From: Methylophaga frappieri | GTDB taxonomy: Bacteria > Pseudomonadota > Gammaproteobacteria > Nitrosococcales > Methylophagaceae | Length of the DNA stretch: 32,000 nt | Direction of reading: 5' to 3' | Assembly: GCF_000260965.1 (NCBI RefSeq) | Contig: NC_017856.1 | Span: 1,110,001-1,142,000, forward strand | The notes under the pieces: generated by a model | What the model was told of the DNA's origin: nothing | The model's database searches: none | Seen by the model: only the letters and a program-made list of their open reading frames with translations | Shown here: positions 23,302 to 32,000 of the stretch, piece after piece | Layout: each line of letters starts with the position of its first letter | Position numbering within the stretch: position 1 is the stretch's first letter | Translations under genes and position numbers: made by a program

Positions 23302-24363
23302 ATGCTTTACAGCACAGATGATTTACGCATTGTCGGCATTCAGGAGGTCTTGCCTCCAGCTGAATTGCATGAACAGTTACCGATCACAGATGTGGCATCG
23401 GAGACGGTATTTAATGCCCGAAAAAGTACCCAAGATATTCTGCATCAACGGGATGACAGACTGATCGTTATCATTGGTCCCTGCTCTATTCATGACCCCA
23501 ACGCCGCGCGGGATTATGCTAATCGTCTGCAACCACTGATTAGTGAGTTAGCCGAGGATTTGCACATTATTATGCGAGTCTACTTTGAAAAACCGCGCTC
23601 CGTCGTCGGTTGGAAAGGACTCATTAACGATCCCTACCTGGATGGCAGCTTCAAAATCAATGATGGTTTACACATTGCCCGCAAACTGCTGCTGGATTTG
23701 GCAGAAATGGGCGTGCCAGCAGCCAGCGAATATCTGGATTTGATAAGTCCACAGTACATTTCAGATTTGGTTTCCTGGGGAGCTATCGGTGCCAGAACGA
23801 CTGAAAGTCAGGCACACCGTGAGTTGGCTTCGGGTTTATCATGTCCAGTCGGTTTCAAAAATGCGACGGATGGCGGCATGCAGATTGCTGTCGATGCCTG
23901 TTTATCTGCTTCGCGACCGCATCATTTTATGTCGGTAACCAAATCCGGGCACTCGGCGATTTTCTCTACGACAGGTAATCCCGATTGCCATGTTATTTTA
24001 CGTGGCGGCAAGCAGCCAAACTATGATGCTGACAGTATTAATCAGGCCGCTGAAGTCATCGCGAAAAGCGATCAGCCAGTCCGGCTTATGATCGATTGCA
24101 GTCATGCCAACAGCGGTAAAAGTCATATCAAGCAACCAACCGTCTGTCGTGAAGTCAAAGATCAGGTGGCAGCAGGCGACTCACGAATCATTGGTTTGAT
24201 GCTTGAGAGCAATCTGGTCGGTGGCCGCCAAAATGCAGAGCCAGATAAGCCCTTGGTTTATGGCCAAAGTATTACCGATGCCTGCATGGCTTGGGATGAC
24301 AGTGTGCCTTTACTGTATGAGCTTGCTGAAGCGGTGCGTAGTCGACGGCAGAAGTTAGCCTGA
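23302..24363 (+). CDS. 3-deoxy-7-phosphoheptulonate (DAHP) synthase, class I (AroF/G/H type; feedback specificity not assignable)
   Basis: Extended similarity to E. coli AroF/G: GPCSIHDP, MRVYFEKPRSVVGWKGLINDP, SWGAIGARTTESQAHRELASGLSCPVGFKN, HVILRGG and IDCSHANS. Confidence 0.95.
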   Translation: MLYSTDDLRIVGIQEVLPPAELHEQLPITDVASETVFNARKSTQDILHQRDDRLIVIIGPCSIHDPNAARDYANRLQPLISELAEDLHIIMRVYFEKPRSVVGWKGLINDPYLDGSFKINDGLHIARKLLLDLAEMGVPAASEYLDLISPQYISDLVSWGAIGARTTESQAHRELASGLSCPVGFKNATDGGMQIAVDACLSASRPHHFMSVTKSGHSAIFSTTGNPDCHVILRGGKQPNYDADSINQAAEVIAKSDQPVRLMIDCSHANSGKSHIKQPTVCREVKDQVAAGDSRIIGLMLESNLVGGRQNAEPDKPLVYGQSITDACMAWDDSVPLLYELAEAVRSRRQKLA

Positions 24364-24474
24364 TAGTCGGCGTATTTGCACCTGAGTCAGTGGCACTATC
24401 TCTCTGTGCCGAAAACTAAATTTAAATAAGAAAATCAATATTTTGCGTTATGAAAACACCGTTTTCTACGCTAT

Positions 24475-24515
24475 AATTGACGATTAAAACAAGACTGGCT
24501 TGTTGATTGTCAATT
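24475..24515. promoter_or_regulatory. Long imperfect inverted repeat upstream of rnfA, overlapping a TATAAT hexamer (24472-24477)
   Basis: AATTGACGATTAAAACAAG-actgg-CTTGTTGATTGTCAATT. The outer 7 bp are perfect. The arms match at 15 of 17 positions with a 2 nt bulge. A second small repeat, GAAAAC-acc-GTTTTC, lies at 24452-24466. Confidence 0.3.
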
Positions 24516-24568
24516 AAAGGTTTTGCACTGATATGTATATAAATTTGAGGAAACAGACAGGTTAGTCA

Positions 24569-25150
24569 ATGGCCGATTACGCGCTCATCTTGATTAGTAC
24601 CATTCTGGTGAACAATATTGTGCTGGTTAAATTCCTCGGCCTGTGTCCGTTCATGGGCGTGTCTCGTAAACTGGAAACCGCCATGGGAATGGCCTTGGCA
24701 ACCACGTTTGTGCTAACCCTGTCCTCTGTCAGCAGCTACTTGATTAATGCCTATTTATTGGCGCCGCTGGGTATCGAGTTTTTGCGCACCATCAGCTTTA
24801 TTTTTGTGATTGCGGTTGTCGTGCAATTCACTGAAATGGTAGTTCACAAGACCAGTCCCCTTTTATACCAGGTATTGGGAATTTTCTTGCCGTTAATTAC
24901 CACTAATTGTGCTGTGTTGGGTGTTGCACTGTTGAATGTTCAGGAACAGCATGGTTTTCTTGAGTCCGCACTCTACGGGTTTGGTGCAGCCATCGGTTTT
25001 TCAATGGTACTGATTATCTTTGCAGCCATGCGGGAACGTCTGGCTGCAGCGGATGTACCAGTACCATTCCAAGGTGCTGCTATTGGATTAATCACTGCCG
25101 GTTTGATGTCAATGGCATTTATGGGCTTTGCCGGGTTGGTTCGGGTTTAA
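24569..25150 (+). CDS. rnfA: Ion-translocating ferredoxin:NAD+ oxidoreductase (Rnf/Rsx) subunit A
   Basis: 193 aa, 6 [23 protein letters not shown] and [16 protein letters not shown] are typical RnfA/NqrE-type motifs. Confidence 0.95.
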   Translation: MADYALILISTILVNNIVLVKFLGLCPFMGVSRKLETAMGMALATTFVLTLSSVSSYLINAYLLAPLGIEFLRTISFIFVIAVVVQFTEMVVHKTSPLLYQVLGIFLPLITTNCAVLGVALLNVQEQHGFLESALYGFGAAIGFSMVLIIFAAMRERLAAADVPVPFQGAAIGLITAGLMSMAFMGFAGLVRV

Positions 25151-25153
25151 CGC

Positions 25154-25711
25154 ATGTTGACTGCAATCATTGCTTTGACTTTGTTAGCGCTCATTCTCGG
25201 CCTGATGCTTGGCTTTGCGTCAATTCGGTTTCGGGTCGAAGGTGACCCGATTGTCGACAAGATCGATAAAATTTTGCCACAGACCCAGTGTGGACAATGC
25301 AGTTTTGCCGGTTGTCGCCCTTACGCAGAAGCCATCGCTGCGGGGGAAGTCGACATCAATCGCTGTCCACCGGGTGGCGAGTCGACAATTCAAGCGTTGG
25401 CCGATTTACTGGACGTTGAACCCAAGCCACTTGATGAAGCCTGTGGTGTCGAAAAACCCAAAATGCTCGCGGTGATCGATGAAGATCGCTGTATTGGTTG
25501 TACTTTGTGCATCCAGGCCTGTCCGGTAGATGCTATTTTGGGGGCAGCTAAACAAATGCACACCGTCATTGCGGCAGAGTGTACGGGGTGTGAATTGTGC
25601 GTTGAGCCTTGTCCAGTAGATTGTATTGATATGGTTGAAATGCAACCCGATCCGCATACATGGCGTTGGCCGGATCCGGCAACAGGTGTCCCGCAACGGG
25701 GCAATAGCTAA
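25154..25711 (+). CDS. rnfB: Rnf complex subunit B (Fe-S)
   Basis: N-terminal TM helix, a [16 protein letters not shown] 4Fe-4S domain, and two ferredoxin motifs ([12 protein letters not shown] and [12 protein letters not shown]). Confidence 0.95.
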   Translation: MLTAIIALTLLALILGLMLGFASIRFRVEGDPIVDKIDKILPQTQCGQCSFAGCRPYAEAIAAGEVDINRCPPGGESTIQALADLLDVEPKPLDEACGVEKPKMLAVIDEDRCIGCTLCIQACPVDAILGAAKQMHTVIAAECTGCELCVEPCPVDCIDMVEMQPDPHTWRWPDPATGVPQRGNS

Positions 25712-27249
25712 TGCGTCGCCCTGTCAGTGATTTTCCCGGTGGTTTACATCTGCCGGGACACAAAAAGCGTTCAACGCAAACGCCGATCCGGAAAACACCG
25801 CTGAGTAAACAGCTGATTTTGCCCTTACAACAGCATATTGGTGAAGCCGCCATGCCAATTGTTGCTGTCGGTGACACTGTCCTGAAGGGCCAGCGTATCG
25901 CCCGTGCCGATGGTCATGTCTCCGTGTGCCTGCATGCGCCGAGCTCAGGTACAATCACCGCAATTGAAGAGCGACCGATACCACATCCTTCAGGTCTGTC
26001 AGCCCCCTGCATTATTCTCGAAACAGATGGCGAAGAAACGTGGATAGAACGCCATCCGATTCGTGATTTTTTACAACACTCAGCGCATGAGTTGAGACAA
26101 TTAATCCGCGATGCTGGCATTGTTGGATTAGGTGGTGCCGGTTTTCCCAGTTTTATCAAACTCAACCCTGGCATCCATCACCATGTCGATACATTGCTCA
26201 TCAATGGCGCAGAGTGCGAACCCTATATCACCTGCGACGCAATGCTGATGCGTGAGCGAGCCGAAGGTGTACTGGATGGCATCGAAATCATGCGTCATGC
26301 GCTGTCTGCGCGCGACGTTTTAATTGCCATTGAAGATAACAAGCCAGAAGCCATCACAGCGATGCAACTTGCCTTAGGCAGCCGCCAGTCACTCGCTGAC
26401 GCCGATATTGTGGTGGTGCCAACACGCTATCCAACTGGCGGTGAAAAACAGCTAATCCAGGTAGTAACGGGTAAAGAAGTGCCGAGTCATGGATTGCCCA
26501 TCGACATTGGCGTTGTTTGCCATAATCCGGCCACGGCCTATGCGATCGGCCGCGCTGTCATTCATGGTGAACCGTTAATCTCGCGAATCGTAACGGTCAC
26601 TGGTACAGATGTGACCCATGCGGGTAACTTTGAAACCCTGTTTGGAACCCCCATAAAAGCCCTGCTGGAATATTGTCAGACACGCCGACAACCTGATGAA
26701 CCCTTCATTCAAGGCGGGCCGATGATGGGCTACAGCCTTGCTGGAGATGAGCTGCCAGTCACCAAAACCGCAAACTGTATTCTGGTCGGTGTCGATGAAG
26801 CCGCCCAGACCAGTGAGCCTTTGCCCTGTATCCGTTGTGGCGATTGTGCCAGTGTCTGTCCAGCCAGCCTGTTGCCACAGCAGCTGTATTGGCATGCTCG
26901 CGCCAAAGAATTCGATCAGACTCGCGATTACAAATTATTTGATTGCATTGAATGTGGATGCTGTGACTATGTCTGTCCAAGCAAAATTCCGCTGGTGTCT
27001 TATTTCCGCTTTGCCAAAACCGAAATCATGAATCAAGAGCGTGAACGAAACAAAGCCGATCATGCCCGGGAGCGATATGAAAGTCGTCTTGCCCGGCAAG
27101 AACGCGAACGGCTGGAAAAAGAACAACGGCAGGCTCAACGAAAAGCCGCCCTGGCTGCCTCTAAAAAAGCCGCAGCTGCCAAAGCAGATAGGCAGGAAGC
27201 GCCGGTGCCACCTGCTAAAAAACCGGACATCGCCAAGGAAGGTCAATGA
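25711..27249 (+). CDS. rnfC: Rnf complex subunit C (NADH-binding, Fe-S)
   Basis: GGLHLPGHK, GLGGAGFPSFIKL, LINGAECEPYITCD, and CIRCGDCASVCP / CIECGCCDYVCP. It has a charged K/A/E/R-rich C-terminal tail. TAATG overlap with rnfB. Confidence 0.95.
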   Translation: MRRPVSDFPGGLHLPGHKKRSTQTPIRKTPLSKQLILPLQQHIGEAAMPIVAVGDTVLKGQRIARADGHVSVCLHAPSSGTITAIEERPIPHPSGLSAPCIILETDGEETWIERHPIRDFLQHSAHELRQLIRDAGIVGLGGAGFPSFIKLNPGIHHHVDTLLINGAECEPYITCDAMLMRERAEGVLDGIEIMRHALSARDVLIAIEDNKPEAITAMQLALGSRQSLADADIVVVPTRYPTGGEKQLIQVVTGKEVPSHGLPIDIGVVCHNPATAYAIGRAVIHGEPLISRIVTVTGTDVTHAGNFETLFGTPIKALLEYCQTRRQPDEPFIQGGPMMGYSLAGDELPVTKTANCILVGVDEAAQTSEPLPCIRCGDCASVCPASLLPQQLYWHARAKEFDQTRDYKLFDCIECGCCDYVCPSKIPLVSYFRFAKTEIMNQERERNKADHARERYESRLARQERERLEKEQRQAQRKAALAASKKAAAAKADRQEAPVPPAKKPDIAKEGQ

Positions 27250-28271
27250 CCAGCTTCAAGTTCAGTCCACCATTTTTGACTGGCGCCAATCGCGTTACCT
27301 TGCAAATGGTGCAGGTCATTATTGCTCTCATTCCAGCGATCATTGCTTTGGTATTTTATTTTGGCTATGGCGTTCTGATTCAAATCATCTTGGCCCTAGT
27401 GACCGCATTGCTCACTGAAGCGGCCATGCTCAAGTTAAGAAATCGGCCGTTGAAACCCTTTCTTAGCGATGGCAGTGCTGCTGTAACAGCCGTGTTACTA
27501 GCGGTGGCCATTCCCCCCTTGTCGCCTTGGTGGTTGACAGTACTCGGGGTCAGCTTTGCCCTTATTTTTGCCAAACATCTTTATGGCGGATTGGGGTATA
27601 ACCCGTTTAATCCGGCAATGATTGGCTATGTTTTGCTGTTAATTTCTTTTCCACTGGAAATGACCACTTGGTTACCGGTGAGTTCGTTGGCAAGCCAGGT
27701 GCCCGATTTCAAGATGGCGGCTGAATTGATTTTTACTGGTCAATGGCAGGGTCAAGGTGTAGATGCGCTTTCCGGGGCGACACCGCTGGATCAAATGAAA
27801 ACGCAAATCGGTCTAATGCGCTCGCCAGAGTATGTTAGCAGCCAACCCTTATTTGGTATGTTTGGGGGGCTTGGTTGGGAGTGGATCAATATCTGGTTTG
27901 CCATTGGCGGCATCTGGTTGCTCTACCGGAGAGTGATTAGCTGGCATGTTCCCGTAGCGTTGCTAGGCAGTTTGTTCCTTATCAGTACAGTCGTCTGGAT
28001 AGTGGCGCCACAGGTTTCGGGCTCCCCCCTGTTCCATTTGTTTAGTGGTGGAACCATGCTGGGCGCTTTCTTTATTGCCACAGATCCGGTATCCGGTTCA
28101 ACGACACTAAAAGGACGGCTGGTTTTTGGCGCTGGCGCCGGGCTGCTGATTTATCTTATCCGGATTTGGGGTGGCTATCCCGATGCCGTCGCCTTTTCTG
28201 TGATTATCATGAACATGTTGGTACCGTTGATTGATTACTACACGCAACCGCGTGTGTACGGAGCCAGGTAA
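27246..28271 (+). CDS. rnfD: Rnf complex subunit D (FMN-binding membrane subunit)
   Basis: Polytopic. YNPFNPAMIGYV, DALSGATPLD and FFIATDPVSGS (the flavinylated Thr/Ser region). ATGA overlap with rnfC. Confidence 0.95.
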   Translation: MTSFKFSPPFLTGANRVTLQMVQVIIALIPAIIALVFYFGYGVLIQIILALVTALLTEAAMLKLRNRPLKPFLSDGSAAVTAVLLAVAIPPLSPWWLTVLGVSFALIFAKHLYGGLGYNPFNPAMIGYVLLLISFPLEMTTWLPVSSLASQVPDFKMAAELIFTGQWQGQGVDALSGATPLDQMKTQIGLMRSPEYVSSQPLFGMFGGLGWEWINIWFAIGGIWLLYRRVISWHVPVALLGSLFLISTVVWIVAPQVSGSPLFHLFSGGTMLGAFFIATDPVSGSTTLKGRLVFGAGAGLLIYLIRIWGGYPDAVAFSVIIMNMLVPLIDYYTQPRVYGAR

Positions 28272-28910
28272 ATGGGTAAGCTTTGGCAAAATCCCGTTAT
28301 TCGGGTTGGTCTTATGACGGCATTATTTGCGATTAGTGCAACCGCACTCGTGGCGTTAACAGAAAAAGCAACACGACAAACTATCGCTGAAAACGAATAT
28401 CAGGCCTTATTAGACACACTGGAAGTCTTGATTCCCTCGGATCAGTTTGACAATGCGATTGTTAACGATACGCTGACATTACCACCGACACCGGCGCTAG
28501 GGACGACAACGCCAACACTGGTTTATCGAGCACGTCAGGCTAATCAGCCGGTCGCTGCTATTCTGAACGTTGTTGCTCCCAATGGATATAGTGGTGAAAT
28601 TCGATTGCTGATGGGCGTCTATGTTGATGGAAGTCTGGCCGGCGTGAGAGTCATTCACCATAAAGAAACCCCTGGTCTGGGAGATAAAATTGAAGCGCGT
28701 CGAGATGACTGGATTTTACAGTTCGCCGGTTTATCATTAGATAAACCACCCGCAACAGAGTGGCAGGTCAAAAAAGATGGTGGGCAGTTTGATCAATTTA
28801 CTGGGGCGACCATCACCCCTCGGGCAGTGGTCAAGGCGATTCGGGATGGATTGGCTTTTTTTGCTGCAAACCGAGGTAAACTGTTTGCCACGCAGGAGAA
28901 CACACCATGA
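28272..28910 (+). CDS. rnfG: Rnf complex subunit G (FMN-binding)
   Basis: N-terminal anchor, [12 protein letters not shown], and [14 protein letters not shown] (the FMN attachment motif S/TGAT). Confidence 0.93.
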   Translation: MGKLWQNPVIRVGLMTALFAISATALVALTEKATRQTIAENEYQALLDTLEVLIPSDQFDNAIVNDTLTLPPTPALGTTTPTLVYRARQANQPVAAILNVVAPNGYSGEIRLLMGVYVDGSLAGVRVIHHKETPGLGDKIEARRDDWILQFAGLSLDKPPATEWQVKKDGGQFDQFTGATITPRAVVKAIRDGLAFFAANRGKLFATQENTP

Positions 28911-29596
28911 ATGCTATGCGTCAAATTATCGTAGATGGATTGTGGAAGAATAACCCCGGCTTGGTGCAATTACTTGGCTTATGTCCTCTCCTTGCGGTGA
29001 CTAATAATGTTATCAATGGTCTGGGTCTCGGCTTAGCGACCATTCTGACATTAGTCGCCTCAAATGGCACAATTTCACTGCTGCGCAACCATATTCCGGA
29101 CGAAGCTCGACTACCGGTATTTGTGATGATTATTGCCTCGGTAGTTACCGCGATTGAACTGGCAATGAATGCCTGGTTTCATGAGTTGTATCTGATTCTG
29201 GGGATTTTTATTCCACTTATCGTGACAAATTGCGCCATTATTGGTCGGGCAGAAGCCTTTGCCGCGCGCAATCCGGTCAATCCAGCCCTGCTGGATGGGT
29301 TAATGATGGGTATTGGCTTTCTGCTGGTACTGGTGGCACTTGGCGGCTTACGTGAACTTCTCGGTAGTGGCACCCTGTTTAGCGATGCACACTTAATGTT
29401 TGGCGAAGGCGCGCGAGGATTAACCTTGACCGTTTTTGAAGACTATCGTGGTTTTCTGATGGCATTGTTACCACCTGGTGCGTTTATTGGCTTAGGGCTG
29501 ATCGTTGCTCTCAAAAATGCCATTGATGATCGGCAAAAAGTACAACAGCCGAAAACGATCAAAGAAATGGCTGGTGCCCCGGCAGGAAACGCATGA
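28907..29596 (+). CDS. rnfE: Rnf complex subunit E
   Basis: [22 protein letters not shown] and [23 protein letters not shown] overlap with rnfG. Confidence 0.95.
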   Translation: MNAMRQIIVDGLWKNNPGLVQLLGLCPLLAVTNNVINGLGLGLATILTLVASNGTISLLRNHIPDEARLPVFVMIIASVVTAIELAMNAWFHELYLILGIFIPLIVTNCAIIGRAEAFAARNPVNPALLDGLMMGIGFLLVLVALGGLRELLGSGTLFSDAHLMFGEGARGLTLTVFEDYRGFLMALLPPGAFIGLGLIVALKNAIDDRQKVQQPKTIKEMAGAPAGNA

Positions 29597-30243
29597 ATCG
29601 AGCCCAGCGCGCTGCTTTTTTTGCTCGTCTGCAAGCCGCAAATCCTAACCCCACGACCGAATTAATATATCAATCGCCTTTTGAATTATTGATTGCCGTG
29701 ATTTTATCGGCACAGGCAACGGATGTGGGCGTCAACAAAGCGACAGCCAAACTCTACCCCGTCGCCAACACGCCAGAACATATTTTGGATTTAGGCATTG
29801 ATGGACTCAAACAGCATATTAAAACTATCGGTCTGTTTAATAGTAAGGCCGAGAATATTATTAAAACCTGTCAGGTCTTAATCAGCAAACATGACAGTCA
29901 GGTACCCGATAACCGTGTCGAATTGGAGGCCTTGCCAGGTGTCGGACGCAAAACCGCTAATGTTGTGCTGAATACCATTTTTCGGCAACCGGTCATGGCC
30001 GTTGATACGCATATATTTCGTCTCTCAAATCGCACCGGCTTAGCGAAGGGAAAAAATGTGCGGGAAGTTGAGGATAAACTGATTAAAAATACGCCAAAGC
30101 CTTATTTGCTCGATGCGCACCATTGGCTGATATTACATGGTCGTTATGTCTGCACTGCCCGCAAACCAAAGTGTGGTGAATGTATTGTGAATGATTTGTG
30201 TGATGATTTCCGACACCAATCCAAAATGATGACCGCCCATTAA
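29593..30243 (+). CDS. nth: Endonuclease III (DNA-(apurinic or apyrimidinic site) lyase)
   Basis: [15 protein letters not shown], the HhH-GPD motif [13 protein letters not shown], the catalytic region AVDTHIFR, and the C-terminal 4Fe-4S loop [21 protein letters not shown] overlap with rnfE, with the same rnf-nth linkage as E. coli rsx-nth. Confidence 0.95.
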   Translation: MNRAQRAAFFARLQAANPNPTTELIYQSPFELLIAVILSAQATDVGVNKATAKLYPVANTPEHILDLGIDGLKQHIKTIGLFNSKAENIIKTCQVLISKHDSQVPDNRVELEALPGVGRKTANVVLNTIFRQPVMAVDTHIFRLSNRTGLAKGKNVREVEDKLIKNTPKPYLLDAHHWLILHGRYVCTARKPKCGECIVNDLCDDFRHQSKMMTAH

Positions 30244-30245
30244 GC

Positions 30246-30677
30246 ATGTTTGGACAAGATCGTGACAGCTTGCGCCGTTATTACCATGATGTTTGGCATA
30301 AATGGCAACATCAGCAACCGCTCACTATGCTAGAGCAACAAATTGCAGTGGTGATTCAAGAGCATCCTGAATACCATTCGACACTGTCGCATAAGCAATC
30401 TGTCCAGCAAAACTATTTTGTGGAAAGTGGTGACAATAATCCTTACCTGCATTTAGGTCTTCATCTTGCGATACGGGAGCAAGTGGCAACAGATCGCCCG
30501 GCAGGTATTCGTCATGTTTATCAAAAACTTTTAGCACAACATCAAGGCAATCAACTCGATACTGAACATCAAATGATGGACTGTCTTGCTGAGTGTATTT
30601 GGCAAAGTCAGCGCTCCAATCAGTCTCCTGACGAGACGGCCTATCTGGCAGCCCTACAGACGTGCTGCCATGACTAA
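30246..30677 (+). CDS. DUF1841 family protein
   Basis: MFGQDRDSLRRYYHDVW...EHPEYHSTL...NPYLHLGLHLAIREQVATDRPAGI matches my recollection of the DUF1841 pattern. It starts 2 nt after the nth stop. Confidence 0.7.
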   Translation: MFGQDRDSLRRYYHDVWHKWQHQQPLTMLEQQIAVVIQEHPEYHSTLSHKQSVQQNYFVESGDNNPYLHLGLHLAIREQVATDRPAGIRHVYQKLLAQHQGNQLDTEHQMMDCLAECIWQSQRSNQSPDETAYLAALQTCCHD

Positions 30678-30716
30678 AAATTCTGTCTAAATTAAATTCA
30701 GTGAGGTTTTCCTGTT

Positions 30717-31724
30717 ATGCAGGCACTACAATTTACTCATGCAGCTGGCCCTGCCCAGCTTATTTGTCAAGAGGATGCCACACCTAGCGGTTTTGATTTA
30801 TGGGTCGCGGTCAACGCGGTCGGGGTCAACCCGGTCGATAAAAAAATACAATCCACAATCACCGATACACCCAAAATATTAGGTTGGGATGCCTGCGCAA
30901 CGGTTGTCGCGGTAGGCGAAAAAGTCAGCGATTTTCAACCTGGTGATCGGGTTTTTTATGCCGGTGATCTGACACGGCCAGGCTGCTTTGCCAGTCACCA
31001 GTTAGTGGACAGTCGGTTAGTTGCACATGCGCCGCAGCAACTCACTGAGTTGCAGACAGCCAGTTTACCGCTTATCAGCTTGACCGCATGGGAATTGCTG
31101 TTTAATCGCTTGAAAATCAGTCTGCAAAAGGATCGTGGCAAAACCTTGTTAATTATCGGTGGTGCGGGTGGGGTGGGTTCTATGCTGATTCAACTCGCAA
31201 AACAACTTGCCGGATTACAGGTTATTGCATCAACGGGAAGCGAACAATCCACGCATTGGTGTCAGCAACTGGGGGCTGACCATACGGTTAGCCATCACGG
31301 ATCTTTGTCAAAAAACTATGAAGATGCTCAGTTGCCAGCCCCGGATTACATTATTTGCCTTGCTAACAGTGATGACTACTATCCGGTGATGGCGGCGCTT
31401 ATCAAGCCACAAGGTTTAATCGGTTTAGCGGTCAGTTTTCACCACCCTGTTGATTTGAATTTGCTAAAAAATAAAAGCGCCGGATTGGTCTGGGAGTTTA
31501 TGTTTACCCGTTCCTTATTCAACACAGCAGATATGGAACAACAGAAACGGATATTGCAACGCATCGCAGAACTGATTGATGCCGAGACACTAATCCACCC
31601 TGTTGGCCGGGAGTTCGACCAGCTGTCTGCCAGCACATTGCAACAGGCGCATGACCTCCTAAATCAAGGTAATCAACAGGGCAAAATTGTTTTGGGTCCC
31701 TTGGCTGGTGGCGACGGCAAATGA
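30717..31724 (+). CDS. Zinc-type alcohol dehydrogenase-like / quinone oxidoreductase family protein (MDR superfamily)
   Basis: GroES-like N-terminal domain (AVGVNPVDKK..., GWDACATVVAVGEKVSDFQPGDRVFYAG) and a Rossmann motif LLIIGGAGGVGSMLIQLAK. Confidence 0.85.
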   Translation: MQALQFTHAAGPAQLICQEDATPSGFDLWVAVNAVGVNPVDKKIQSTITDTPKILGWDACATVVAVGEKVSDFQPGDRVFYAGDLTRPGCFASHQLVDSRLVAHAPQQLTELQTASLPLISLTAWELLFNRLKISLQKDRGKTLLIIGGAGGVGSMLIQLAKQLAGLQVIASTGSEQSTHWCQQLGADHTVSHHGSLSKNYEDAQLPAPDYIICLANSDDYYPVMAALIKPQGLIGLAVSFHHPVDLNLLKNKSAGLVWEFMFTRSLFNTADMEQQKRILQRIAELIDAETLIHPVGREFDQLSASTLQQAHDLLNQGNQQGKIVLGPLAGGDGK

Positions 31725-31783
31725 ATGGCGTCATGAGGCTGTTCACCGTATAATCTCAGCCGTCAGCTTGTCAGAGGTCTAAA

Positions 31784-32000
31784 ATGAAAAAAAATACATC
31801 ATCAAAATTTTTTGTAGGCAGTCTGGTTGTTTTCGTTGTCTTGTATGCGGTTGTTCAATTTGTTTTGAGCAATATGTTGGCATTGGGTGAAAATGTGACA
31901 CCGCCACCGAGTATGGACGATGACGCTATCACCGAACGGATTGCCCCTGTTGCTCAGGAACGTGTTGGTGAAGAGCCCATTGTGGTTGCCGCAGCACCAG
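31784..32000 (+). CDS. Membrane-anchored protein, 5' partial (72 codons); possibly a cytochrome c5-type protein, but the haem motif would lie outside the window
   Basis: My translation is MKKNTSSKFFVGSLVVFVVLYAVVQFVLSNMLALGENVTPPPSMDDDAITERIAPVAQERVGEEPIVVAAAP. AGAGG lies 6 nt upstream and a TATAAT lies at 31749-31754. The segment D-x-AI-x-ERIAPV resembles the linker before the haem domain of anchored c5 cytochromes. There is no CxxCH in the visible part. Confidence 0.45.
   Translation, partial: MKKNTSSKFFVGSLVVFVVLYAVVQFVLSNMLALGENVTPPPSMDDDAITERIAPVAQERVGEEPIVVAAAP

Noticed and set aside
23186-23464. A 92 aa ORF overlapping the DAHP synthase start, as a possible aromatic-amino-acid leader peptide or attenuator.
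   Set aside because: It has no run of Phe/Tyr/Trp codons and no terminator/antiterminator pair. It overlaps the aro coding region out of frame. I also saw no TyrR box (TGTAAA-n6-TTTACA).
27030-27246. A Lys/Ala/Glu/Arg-rich low-complexity tail at the end of rnfC.
   Set aside because: Charged, repetitive C-terminal tails are common in RnfC/RsxC proteins. It is not a separate feature or a nucleotide repeat array.
1-32000. CRISPR arrays, rRNA genes, intact transposases or integrases, toxin-antitoxin pairs and known defence-system genes.
   Set aside because: I found no regularly spaced direct repeats and none of the characteristic ORFs while reading through both strands. A by-eye scan can miss short or diverged repeats.

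Overview
This is a 32 kb chromosomal segment of roughly 47-48% GC (estimated by eye). The gene content fits a gammaproteobacterium, probably marine, but I cannot assign a genus. Most of the window is tightly packed core housekeeping sequence. It holds uvrC-pgsA-tRNA-Gly(GCC)-tRNA-Cys(GCA) in E. coli-like order, then mfd overlapping cmoM, rpiA, a Prx5-type peroxiredoxin, a fructosamine-kinase homologue, an LMW phosphotyrosine phosphatase, nhaD and a class I DAHP synthase. A complete rnfABCDGE operon follows, translationally chained to nth and a DUF1841 gene.

Two regions are not ordinary.

(1) 12878-16957 is a compact four-gene module. It encodes a lipoprotein-anchored retropepsin-like protease, a cysteine-free transglutaminase-like ectodomain fused to a polytopic membrane domain, a RimK-related ATP-grasp ligase, and a membrane-anchored SIMPL protein. 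As far as I know this module has been predicted computationally but has no experimentally defined function. It is the best candidate in the window for an undescribed system.

(2) The left 5.5 kb, downstream of tRNA-Cys, looks accessory and partly decayed. The tRNA-Leu expected from E. coli synteny is missing. About 470 nt is non-coding and ends in a terminator-like hairpin that abuts the RBS of an orphan cysH-like gene. That gene sits flush against a secreted esterase gene. The region also contains an IS3-family transposase remnant with in-frame stops, and several secreted or lipoprotein ORFs, including a coupled pair that ends in an HExxH metallopeptidase.

I saw no CRISPR array, rRNA gene or intact mobile element. 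All family assignments come from motif recognition by eye, not from database searches.
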